From positions 129,732 through 193,731 of the forward strand of contig CAYREQ010000001.1 in the NCBI GenBank assembly GCA_964423445.1: DNA of 64,000 bases, in the 5' to 3' direction. The notes under the pieces are model-generated. The model had not been told where the DNA came from. It searched no databases and saw nothing but the letters and a program-made list of their open reading frames with translations. Below are positions 32,851-40,112 of this stretch, in pieces. The position numbers were made by a program, and so were the translations under genes. The stretch's first letter is position 1, and each line of letters begins with the position of its first letter. This DNA comes from an uncultured Candidatus Saccharibacteria bacterium. Its GTDB lineage: Bacteria; Patescibacteriota; Minisyncoccia; Phycocordibacterales; UBA9973.

Positions 32851-32871
32851 ATAAAATGTTAAAATAATTAC

Positions 32872-33915
32872 ATGAATAATATTGTATGGATAATTTTAGG
32901 AATAATAGCTGGAGTAGCTGTGGCTTACTTTATTTTTGGACGCAAGAAAGAAGATAAAAATACAGACGTGGGACTAAATCTAATACTGACACAGATAAAT
33001 GAATTATCTCGAACTGTAGACAACAAAATAGGTGAAAGCCACAAGCAAGTACGCGAGAGTTTGCAATTTCATTCTAGTGAATCAAATAAAATTATTCGTG
33101 ATGTCACTGAGAGACTCACCCGCTTGGATGAGACAAATAAACAAGTCATATCTTTTGCTGACCAGCTACAAAGCTTGGAAAATGTTTTAAAAAATCCAAA
33201 GCAACGTGGAATCCTCGGTGAGTATTATCTGGAGACAGTTTTAAAAAATGTTCTCCCTCCTGGAAGCTATCAAATGCAGTACCCTTTTCCTGATGGCAGT
33301 ATCGTGGACGCTGTAGTTTTTGTAAAAGATAAAATCATACCAATAGATTCAAAATTCTCACTTGAAAATTATAACAAGATGGCAGAGGAGCGAGACCCTA
33401 CAGAAAAGAAACGCCTAGAGACTACTTTTGTAAATGATTTAAAAAATAGAATTACTGAGACTGCAAAATATATACAGCCATCCAAAGGCACTACAGATTT
33501 TGCCTTTATGTTTATACCGCACGAAGCTATCTATTATGATTTGCTGACAAATAAAGTAGGTGCTGGCGATGAAAATGAGAGCTTGATTCAGCGGGCTGCA
33601 GGAAAATACAAAGTCATCATCACGAGCCCTACTTCATTTTTGGCTTATTTACAGACTGTGTTACAAGGATTAAAAGCCCTACAAATAGAAGAATCTGCAA
33701 AAGAAATAATTAAAAAAGTGGAAGACCTAGGCAAACATTTAAAATCTTATGATGAATACCACAACAAGCTCGGCAATTCCTTGAGTACTGTGGTGAACCA
33801 TTACAATGCTTCAAATAAAGAATTGAAAAAAATTGATAAAGATGTGCTTCGCATATCTGGCTCTTCACCAGAGCTAGCCCTACTCGAAGTTGATAAACCA
33901 AAACAAGAAGAATAG
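32872..33915 (+). CDS. rmuC: DNA recombination protein RmuC
   Basis: N-terminal transmembrane helix, long coiled coil and a C-terminal RmuC nuclease-like domain (FAFMFIPHEAIYYDLL). Confidence 0.8.
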   Translation: MNNIVWIILGIIAGVAVAYFIFGRKKEDKNTDVGLNLILTQINELSRTVDNKIGESHKQVRESLQFHSSESNKIIRDVTERLTRLDETNKQVISFADQLQSLENVLKNPKQRGILGEYYLETVLKNVLPPGSYQMQYPFPDGSIVDAVVFVKDKIIPIDSKFSLENYNKMAEERDPTEKKRLETTFVNDLKNRITETAKYIQPSKGTTDFAFMFIPHEAIYYDLLTNKVGAGDENESLIQRAAGKYKVIITSPTSFLAYLQTVLQGLKALQIEESAKEIIKKVEDLGKHLKSYDEYHNKLGNSLSTVVNHYNASNKELKKIDKDVLRISGSSPELALLEVDKPKQEE

Positions 33916-33923
33916 GAATTAGA

Positions 33924-33961
33924 AAAGGCCGTCGACAATGTTTGTCTCCGGCCTTTTTTTG
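33924..33961 (+). terminator. Rho-independent terminator after rmuC
   Basis: AAGGCCG...CGGCCTT stem followed by a T8 run. Confidence 0.6.
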
Positions 33962-33984
33962 ATCCTCGGTTCCGCCGAGTCGGT

Positions 33985-34167
33985 TTAGTATGTTGAAGGA
34001 TCGTTCCACCTTGATGGATCGACCCGTAATGAAGCCACTGATTTGCTGGCTTCACCATCTTCTTTTTTTTCTTCGACTTCCTCTTCGGCAGTCGAAGGTT
34101 TAGGTTCGTGCTCGGGCACTTGTGCGACCGAGAGAAGAATTGAGTTTGATGTTTCTTTGATAGCCAT
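33985..34167 (-). CDS. hypothetical small acidic protein
   Basis: 60 aa with a strong AAGGAG Shine-Dalgarno 8 nt upstream. GC-rich codon usage like the gene upstream of it. Probably co-transcribed with 34183..34665. Confidence 0.4.
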   Translation of the reverse strand: MAIKETSNSILLSVAQVPEHEPKPSTAEEEVEEKKEDGEASKSVASLRVDPSRWNDPSTY

Positions 34168-34182
34168 TTCCGTATCTCCTTA

Positions 34183-34665
34183 TTAGTGAAAATTACTGTC
34201 GTGGTCAAAAATTACGGTGCCTTCTTTTTTACCGAAAGAAGCAAACCTTTTTTCTTTGTACTCCCGAACCTTCATTCGAGAACTTTTGCTTTTCTTTCGG
34301 TTTTTGATGATGTAAATCACCGAAACTAAAAGTAGCCCAAAGAAAATTGCGATTGAGGCTAGGACTCCAGAAGTCCCACTCAAAAGATAGCTTTTGTAAC
34401 CTCCTTCTTTTACTTGATAACCGGTCGCTAAGGCTGGCGACGGTGTCCTGATCGGCGTCGTTGCTGGCGCCGAAGTGTTTGGTATTTTTACATCCGCCGA
34501 CCTAGTCATCGTCGACGAAGGGGGTCTGTTGTCCAGAGCTAACCCTGGATACAGTTTTGTTTTTGGCGGCAAGACTGTATTTGAATTAGCGGACTTTTTA
34601 GTCTGTGAAAAAACTGGCGAGATTGCCAAAACTACAAAAACTAAAATAAGAAATATTTTCTTCAT
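34183..34665 (-). CDS. hypothetical type-I membrane protein (signal peptide, Pro/Ser/Thr-rich stalk, C-terminal TM anchor)
   Basis: MKKIFLILVFVVLAISPVFSQ signal peptide, low-complexity PST linker, transmembrane helix ...ASIAIFFGLLLVSVIYII and a basic tail. GGAG Shine-Dalgarno 8 nt upstream. Confidence 0.6.
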   Translation of the reverse strand: MKKIFLILVFVVLAISPVFSQTKKSANSNTVLPPKTKLYPGLALDNRPPSSTMTRSADVKIPNTSAPATTPIRTPSPALATGYQVKEGGYKSYLLSGTSGVLASIAIFFGLLLVSVIYIIKNRKKSKSSRMKVREYKEKRFASFGKKEGTVIFDHDSNFH

Positions 34666-34738
34666 TTCAATACTCCTAAACCTATGAAAAAATCAACGAA
34701 CTAGGCAGACATCACAAAAATGTGACACCATAGTTCTT

Positions 34739-34798
34739 TCTACCTAAAAGTATAGCATATTCTTACCTATTTGTCAAGGTAAATAAGCTTATTTTATA
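34739..34798 (-). promoter_or_regulatory. consensus sigma70 promoter, copy A of a 60-nt repeat
   Basis: On the minus strand it reads TTGACA, a 17-nt spacer, then TATACT. The -35 is at 34772-34777 and the -10 at 34749-34754 (plus-strand coordinates). It is flanked by an AT-rich UP-like segment and is 56/60 identical to 36153-36212. Confidence 0.65.
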
Positions 34799-34825
34799 AG
34801 GTTTTTTTGTATAAAAATAGAAAAT

Positions 34826-34852
34826 GGCCGGAACTCATAGAGCCCGGCCAGA
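34826..34852 (-). terminator. Rho-independent terminator of the 388-aa gene
   Basis: GGCCGG...CCGGCC stem, then a T-rich tract on the minus strand. A second GCTCGAG...CTCGAGC hairpin lies at 34880-34900. Confidence 0.55.
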
Positions 34853-34909
34853 TTGATAATTTATTGAGTTTATCTCTCATGCTCGAGTAACGCTCGAGCG
34901 TCGTTTGTT

Positions 34910-36076
34910 TTAGAATCCTTCAGATAATCTTCGGGAATCTTTTTGATACCTAGCAGCCCGATGTCCGCCAGATTGTGCGTAGTGGTCGTAATCTTCGTGA
35001 TCAGAAACCGTTTCGGTTGGTTTCGTGACCACAGAACTTACTACCTCTACTGTCGGCGGCGCGATGCTGACTGGAATCGTATCTTTAGAAGAAAATTTAT
35101 CCTCCGTTAGATTGAGGATGTGTTTTCCTCGGCATTCCTCGTCGGAAACGACCGGTTTGTCTTCGATGAAAACAAACCCTTTGTATGTGTCCCCCGAGTG
35201 AACCGGATTCATGCAGGCCTGAAGGGTCTGCAAGACTTCTTCTGTCCCATCCGGAAATCGATATCGGGCTTGATAAGCTCGAATACCGGGCTCCGGAATA
35301 CGACGAGGCTTCATGGTGGTACCCAAGTAGCCGACCAACCCTTCACCAGAGATAGTCCCGACTTGGATCGGTCCGATACGCCGGATGTCAAAGGTGAACC
35401 CTTCGAGATTAGGATTTCTTTCTCTGTAGAGAGAGCTCGCCCTCTGGTCGAAAAATTTTTCCAGTCTTCTGGTCTCGACCGGTTCGATGCCGCCAGCAAC
35501 ATAAGGCTTGCCTGATGTTATCGGATCAAGTCTGAGCTCGCGATCTTCCCAGCTCTCTTCTTCGTCTTCGTCACTAAAGTCGGGATGCCAATTTCTCGGA
35601 TGCGAGAAAGAAAGCAAAGCTCTCCAGATAAGAAAAACGAGGAATAGTGCGATGACGATGTACGGCGCCAACCAGCCGTAGTCCTTCCACAACATTGCTG
35701 TCGTGTAATTTTCCGGACCGGCTGGAAGTGTCGTAACCAATGGTGGTTTACCCTTCAACGCCGGCTCCGTGGATTCGGTGGAAGCTGTGGGTTCTGTCGT
35801 GGGTGTATTGTATGCCTTCGCATACTCACGCCCCCAGATACCGCGAGTGTCCCCGACTTCGAGTCGGTCGATCGTACCGTCCGGAAGACGGTAACTATCG
35901 CCGGCTTTCATTCGCTTGAAATCGACGTTCGGGTTTAACTTCACGACCTTCGCCATGAAGTTTCCAAAGTCTCTGTGCGACATGATTCCGAAATACAAAT
36001 TTGCCGATACCGGTGTGGTAGCTGTTAACGTTAACAGCATCACCAGTACAAAAATACTAACGAATGTTTTTTTCAT
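34910..36076 (-). CDS. hypothetical single-pass membrane protein (signal peptide, Pro/Thr-rich extracellular stalk, TM, ~230-aa cytoplasmic domain)
   Basis: 388 aa. MKKTFVSIFVLVMLLTLTATTPVSA signal peptide, TPTTEPTASTESTEP linker and a central transmembrane helix WLAPYIVIALFLVFLIW. The coding sequence is visibly GC-rich relative to the rest of the window. Confidence 0.65.
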   Translation of the reverse strand: MKKTFVSIFVLVMLLTLTATTPVSANLYFGIMSHRDFGNFMAKVVKLNPNVDFKRMKAGDSYRLPDGTIDRLEVGDTRGIWGREYAKAYNTPTTEPTASTESTEPALKGKPPLVTTLPAGPENYTTAMLWKDYGWLAPYIVIALFLVFLIWRALLSFSHPRNWHPDFSDEDEEESWEDRELRLDPITSGKPYVAGGIEPVETRRLEKFFDQRASSLYRERNPNLEGFTFDIRRIGPIQVGTISGEGLVGYLGTTMKPRRIPEPGIRAYQARYRFPDGTEEVLQTLQACMNPVHSGDTYKGFVFIEDKPVVSDEECRGKHILNLTEDKFSSKDTIPVSIAPPTVEVVSSVVTKPTETVSDHEDYDHYAQSGGHRAARYQKDSRRLSEGF

Positions 36077-36152
36077 TTCTTTCCTTTCCTATTCTTTTTT
36101 CGAAAAACTTCAGAAATTTAAATGAGCGAAAAAACACGCCTTCATTAAATCA

Positions 36153-36212
36153 TCTACCTAATAGTATAGCATATTATTACCCATTTGTCAAGGTAAATAA
36201 CCTTATTTTATA
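36153..36212 (-). promoter_or_regulatory. consensus sigma70 promoter, copy B of a 60-nt repeat
   Basis: TTGACA, 17 nt, TATACT on the minus strand. The -35 is at 36186-36191 and the -10 at 36163-36168. It drives the 388-aa gene. Confidence 0.65.
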
Positions 36213-36267
36213 TAGCTATATTCGTTTTATTGGAATTTTTTATTAAAAATGTTATATTGCCTCGATA

Positions 36268-36334
36268 GGCCCTATCGTCCCTCGGCCATAGCCAGTAGGC
36301 TCTGTCCTACGGGCGAGGCTAACGGTTAGGACAT
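36268..36334 (+). repeat. 27-nt copy of the tRNA-Glu 5' end, split by a 40-nt insert with CCTCG/CGAGG inverted termini
   Basis: Positions 36268-36279 plus 36320-36334 reproduce tRNA-Glu nt 1-27 exactly. The insert 36280-36319 is cctcggccatagccagtaggctctgtcctacgggcgaggc. Confidence 0.7.
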
Positions 36335-36337
36335 TTT

Positions 36338-36592
36338 ATGCATACAGTTTATGTATTAAAAAGTTTAGTAGATAATAATTTATACATAGGGTGTACTTCT
36401 GATTTAAAAAGTAGGCTGAAGTATCACAACGAAGGTAAAGTAAAATCTACAAAGCATCGTAGGCCTTTAGAATTATTATATAAAGAAAATTATGATAACA
36501 TCTATGAGGCTTTCAAAGTAGAAAGATATTATAAAAGTGCAAAAGGAAAACGTGATTTAAAAAATAAAATGGCCCTATCGTCTAACGGTTAG
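36338..36592 (+). CDS. GIY-YIG nuclease family protein (stand-alone, YhbQ-like)
   Basis: YVLKS...NLYIGCTSDLKSRLKYHNEG GIY-YIG motif, followed by conserved R/E/N positions. 84 aa. The last 22 nt overlap the 5' end of tRNA-Glu. Confidence 0.75.
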   Translation: MHTVYVLKSLVDNNLYIGCTSDLKSRLKYHNEGKVKSTKHRRPLELLYKENYDNIYEAFKVERYYKSAKGKRDLKNKMALSSNG

Positions 36593-36642
36593 GACATCGC
36601 CTTCTCAAGGCGGTAATCAGGGTTCGATTCCCTGTAGGGTCA
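36571..36642 (+). tRNA. tRNA-Glu (anticodon CTC)
   Basis: GGCCCTATCGTCTAACGGTTAGGACATCGCCTTCTCAAGGCGGTAATCAGGGTTCGATTCCCTGTAGGGTCA. Glu-type D-loop, anticodon loop TTCTCAA, TTCGATTCC T-loop. Confidence 0.8.
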
Positions 36643-36656
36643 CAAAGCACTAATAA

Positions 36657-36687
36657 AAAAAGAGCCCACTACTGGGCTCTTTTTTGT
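36657..36687. terminator. bidirectional Rho-independent terminator (nested palindrome)
   Basis: AAAAAGAGCCCACTACTGGGCTCTTTTTT, enclosed by CACAAAGCAC...GTGCTTTGTG. It serves tRNA-Glu on the plus strand and the minus-strand small-protein operon. Confidence 0.7.
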
Positions 36688-36812
36688 GCTTTGTGAAGAC
36701 GGAAGCATAATTTCACAGTAGTGAAATAGCTGAGTCCGGGTCTGGAAAATTTTCTTTTGACGAAAAGAAAATTATTGTGGACCACGTAAATTTTTGTACG
36801 CAAAGCGTTCAA

Positions 36813-37001
36813 TTATTTCTCCAGTTCCTCTTGAGTTTCTTTCTTAGCTTCCATCTTATAAGTTTCAAGAAGCGTAATAAGTCCACAGATTATTAGAAAA
36901 ACAACCAGATAAGTAATCCAAGAACTTATACCTTTAAATGTACGTCCAGCCAACACTCCAACCCCGAGACTGAACATAATGTAACCTAAATATTTTTGCA
37001 T
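36813..37001 (-). CDS. hypothetical small membrane protein (2 TM)
   Basis: 62 aa, two hydrophobic helices. Last gene of the six-gene minus-strand operon. Confidence 0.45.
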   Translation of the reverse strand: MQKYLGYIMFSLGVGVLAGRTFKGISSWITYLVVFLIICGLITLLETYKMEAKKETQEELEK

Positions 37002-37002
37002 A

Positions 37003-37704
37003 TTATTTTTCTTTATTTAAATCAGAGTATTCTTCTATTATGTTATTAGCATCTGTTAACTTTTCAAAAAAGTTAGTGCATTGCATGGGAACATTTTGGA
37101 TGGAAGTAATTTTTGCTTTCCTATCTAAGGTTTCTTGAGAACAATCTATGCTTTCGTAATCATAATCATATAAACATGACGCTCTTGGACTCACTGGAGT
37201 ATATGTCAAACAATTATCATAATCCGCTTTTACTTTTCCTTTTAATAAATTACAGCTTCTAAGTTCATCTTTGTAGTTTTTATCAATCGTTGGTTGGATA
37301 CACGTTTTAAATTTGGCTTTTAAATCATCTAGGCTTGAAATAGCTTGGTCGTATTTTTGTTTTAATTGTTCCTTTTGTAAATTTTCTTGTTTCGTTTGTA
37401 TTAAATAATAAATACCAGTTACTAAAGCAATAACTATAGCTAGAGTTAATAATGCTTTAATAACTTTTTTTCTAGGAGGTATGATATTTGAAATTTTGTG
37501 CTTATTTATACTATCTTCAAATTTTATATTGTTATTATGCCGCCATCCTATTGTGTAAAATATTAGTACCGCGGGAATTAAAATAGAGAGAAATGTAGCA
37601 AAACTTGAGTAATCTGACTGGTCCAAAGAAGCAAAAAATCCAATTATTCCAAAAATCCATATAGATATCAATTGACCTCTTGTAATTTTATAAATGTTTT
37701 TCAT
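37003..37704 (-). CDS. hypothetical membrane protein with Cys-rich C-terminal domain
   Basis: 233 aa. Three N-terminal transmembrane helices, a coiled-coil segment, then 8 Cys in about 90 aa (CIQPT...CNLL...CLTY...CLYDYDYESIDC...CTNF). Confidence 0.5.
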   Translation of the reverse strand: MKNIYKITRGQLISIWIFGIIGFFASLDQSDYSSFATFLSILIPAVLIFYTIGWRHNNNIKFEDSINKHKISNIIPPRKKVIKALLTLAIVIALVTGIYYLIQTKQENLQKEQLKQKYDQAISSLDDLKAKFKTCIQPTIDKNYKDELRSCNLLKGKVKADYDNCLTYTPVSPRASCLYDYDYESIDCSQETLDRKAKITSIQNVPMQCTNFFEKLTDANNIIEEYSDLNKEK

Positions 37705-37707
37705 AAA

Positions 37708-38121
37708 TTATTGATTATTTTTAATTCTAAATTCTAACCAACTATCAGAACACTCTTTCAAGGATTTAAGTACTGTTTCTTTGAGTTCTTGATTTTCTAA
37801 CTTCATATCTAAGCTTTTTTTCATTCTCTGTAAAGCCTCTTCATCTGAAATTTTATCACACGATTCAACCTTGCCATTTGATATTTTTGTAAAATAACCT
37901 ATTAAATATGCCCCCATGGTTTCCCTTATATTTTCAGCCATTATTTTATCGCCAGAATCAAAGAAGTATTTTGTAATTATATTTAATGCTTCTTCTAGCT
38001 TATTAACTGGATGTGGTAAAAAAGATTCTGGAACTATTACAAAGACACGACTCATTTTATCTGCAATTTCTTGATAATTCTGCCAATCTTTAAAAATTTT
38101 CTCAGCTTCTTTAAATTCCAT
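37708..38121 (-). CDS. hypothetical cytoplasmic protein
   Basis: 137 aa, no transmembrane helix. The reading frame is tightly packed within the operon. Confidence 0.45.
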   Translation of the reverse strand: MEFKEAEKIFKDWQNYQEIADKMSRVFVIVPESFLPHPVNKLEEALNIITKYFFDSGDKIMAENIRETMGAYLIGYFTKISNGKVESCDKISDEEALQRMKKSLDMKLENQELKETVLKSLKECSDSWLEFRIKNNQ

Positions 38122-38126
38122 ATATT

Positions 38127-38339
38127 TTATTTATTTAAACCTTTTGCCCTAATGCATAGATTATAAAATACTTCTATACCGTCACGCTCTAAATTAGGAT
38201 TTTCCTTTATAATATTACTAATTTTCCGACTACATGACGAATAAATTTTAGATACCCTAATTTCATACCAATAAAAAACAAAACCTAAAATCACCAAGGC
38301 AATTAAAATTATATATTTATATTCTTTAAGTTTTTGCAT
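38127..38339 (-). CDS. hypothetical small membrane protein (1 TM)
   Basis: 70 aa with an N-terminal transmembrane helix. The 6-nt gap to the upstream gene suggests translational coupling. Confidence 0.4.
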   Translation of the reverse strand: MQKLKEYKYIILIALVILGFVFYWYEIRVSKIYSSCSRKISNIIKENPNLERDGIEVFYNLCIRAKGLNK

Positions 38340-38345
38340 AAAAAA

Positions 38346-38765
38346 TTAACGTGTATTGTAATGTGCATCTGTTACTGAAACAAGGTAGAAAATCCTTTTA
38401 AGTGTATAAAAGAAAATTCTTCCCTTATCTGTATCGATGAATAATTCCCTGACTTCTACGTCATCATGCAATCCTTTATACAGCTTTAAGTAATCACCCT
38501 TAGGAATAATTGAAGAAGATTTAAAATTTCCCAAATCTGTATCCTCAAAAATTCCACAGCCAACTTTTTTAATTAATCTTAATGCTTTTAATGCTCTTTT
38601 TTTCTCTAGGTTGTCTATTCCACATTCTTTTTCATTGTATTTTGCAAATGAAATTAAAAAAGGTGATGACTCAGGGTCATCCTCTTGTTGAGAAAGTTGA
38701 GCAATTTGTTCAGGAATTACTGAATCATTTAATGGCAACTCACTTGCTCCTTCTGGAATAGACAT
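38346..38765 (-). CDS. hypothetical protein, candidate toxin partner of the Panacea-domain protein
   Basis: 139 aa. The C-terminal beta-rich segment GRIFFYTLKRIFYLVSVTDAHY is loosely RelE/ParE-like. It lies 10 nt downstream of the Panacea gene. Confidence 0.4.
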   Translation of the reverse strand: MSIPEGASELPLNDSVIPEQIAQLSQQEDDPESSPFLISFAKYNEKECGIDNLEKKRALKALRLIKKVGCGIFEDTDLGNFKSSSIIPKGDYLKLYKGLHDDVEVRELFIDTDKGRIFFYTLKRIFYLVSVTDAHYNTR

Positions 38766-38775
38766 AGATTCAGAC

Positions 38776-39267
38776 CTAGGCTTTTAATTCCTTAAGCTTA
38801 GAGGAATAAAATTCTTTCATGGATTCCAAAGTTATCTCATTTTCAGAAATTTCATCAACTGAAAGTCCTTCTCTTGCGTCTTGCCAAGGAGATTCTGAAT
38901 GGGTAAGTGCTTCAAGATAAGAAGAATCGTATTTACCATAAACATCCCACACTTGGTCTAAAATTTTTCTGTCTTCCTCAGTTATTAAATTAATAAGGGC
39001 TGAGTCAGGCTCTTTTTTTATTGCATTGAAACTAAATTCTTTATATCTATCGTATAAGCTTTTTATTGCAGGTCCATGAACCCATGCTTCAATTTTTTCA
39101 TCAAAAATCGGACGTTTATTTATGACCAAAGACCATGCTTGAGCATAGTAAACAAGTTTTTGAATTTTCTTATTTGTAATAACCTTTCTGGGAGATGATA
39201 GGTTAGACTTTTGAATGAAGAACTCTGCTATTGAGCTAGCAGGGGTCTTTACTGCTAATTTATTCAT
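38776..39267 (-). CDS. Panacea-domain (DUF4065, SocA-like) protein, putative antitoxin
   Basis: KIQKLVYYAQAWSLVINKRPIFDEKIEAWVHGPAIKSLYDRY matches the Panacea consensus (KLxYYAQ..W....G.P.F.E.IEAW..GPV...LY). Confidence 0.6.
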   Translation of the reverse strand: MNKLAVKTPASSIAEFFIQKSNLSSPRKVITNKKIQKLVYYAQAWSLVINKRPIFDEKIEAWVHGPAIKSLYDRYKEFSFNAIKKEPDSALINLITEEDRKILDQVWDVYGKYDSSYLEALTHSESPWQDAREGLSVDEISENEITLESMKEFYSSKLKELKA

Positions 39268-39391
39268 ATGATAACTATATCATGTTTTCTATAAAGTTGT
39301 CTACAAACTTCCAATTCCAATGGGTAGTGTGATTTAGGACATATATTTAGGCTTTTTAAGCATATTCTTTTGATGCTATAATACGCTCACA

Positions 39392-40081
39392 ATGAAATTA
39401 ATTATTTTATCTGCTGGAAAAGGTCTACGTTTTTTACCAATCACAAACACCATACCAAAAGGCATGGTATCTATTTTAAATGAGCCATTATTAAAGCATG
39501 TAGTAGAGCCATATCTAAAAAATGTGACTGATATTATTTTTGTAGTAAACGATGGACTCGGGATAAAAATAAAAGATTATTTTGGAGAAAAATACAAAGG
39601 GCATAAAGTGTTTTATAAAATACAAAAAGAACAAAAAGGTACGATGGATGCCCTACTCACTTGCAGAGATTTGATAAAAGAAGACGAATTATTTTGTGTA
39701 TCAAATGCGGACGACTTATTAAAAGAAATTGATATAAAAAATGCTATCTTGCAAAATTCTATCGGCGCAGGTATTTCTAAAAAAATAATGCCGAAAAATT
39801 ATCTAGGGGTAGAGGTGGAAAATGATTTGGTAAAAAGTTTTATAAGACACGAAGATAATATAGAAAAGATTAAAGACAATTATTGTAATGGATTTTTTAT
39901 ACTTGATAAGAGGGTTTTTGATTTTGAGCCTGTAGCTACCCTAGATGGAGAGCTCGGCCTGCCACACACACTCTTTGCAAATTTAAGTATATATCCCCTA
40001 AAAATGTTTACTTTTGATTCTTGGGAGACAGTAAATAGACCAGAAGACATAGCAAATGCCGAGAATTTTCTCAAAAATTGA
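39392..40081 (+). CDS. sugar-phosphate nucleotidyltransferase (NTP_transferase family)
   Basis: LSAGKGLRFLPITNTIPKGMVSILNEPLL N-terminal pyrophosphorylase motif. Confidence 0.7.
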   Translation: MKLIILSAGKGLRFLPITNTIPKGMVSILNEPLLKHVVEPYLKNVTDIIFVVNDGLGIKIKDYFGEKYKGHKVFYKIQKEQKGTMDALLTCRDLIKEDELFCVSNADDLLKEIDIKNAILQNSIGAGISKKIMPKNYLGVEVENDLVKSFIRHEDNIEKIKDNYCNGFFILDKRVFDFEPVATLDGELGLPHTLFANLSIYPLKMFTFDSWETVNRPEDIANAENFLKN

Positions 40082-40112
40082 AAAAGCACAGACTAAATGT
40101 TAATCTTGATAG

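Noticed and set aside
36268-36643. Interpreting the tRNA-Glu 5' fragment, ORF and tRNA as one tRNA gene with a group I intron
   Set aside because: The downstream copy is a complete, uninterrupted tRNA on its own. Bacterial tRNA introns sit in the anticodon loop, not in the D-arm, so a direct-repeat insertion footprint explains the layout better.
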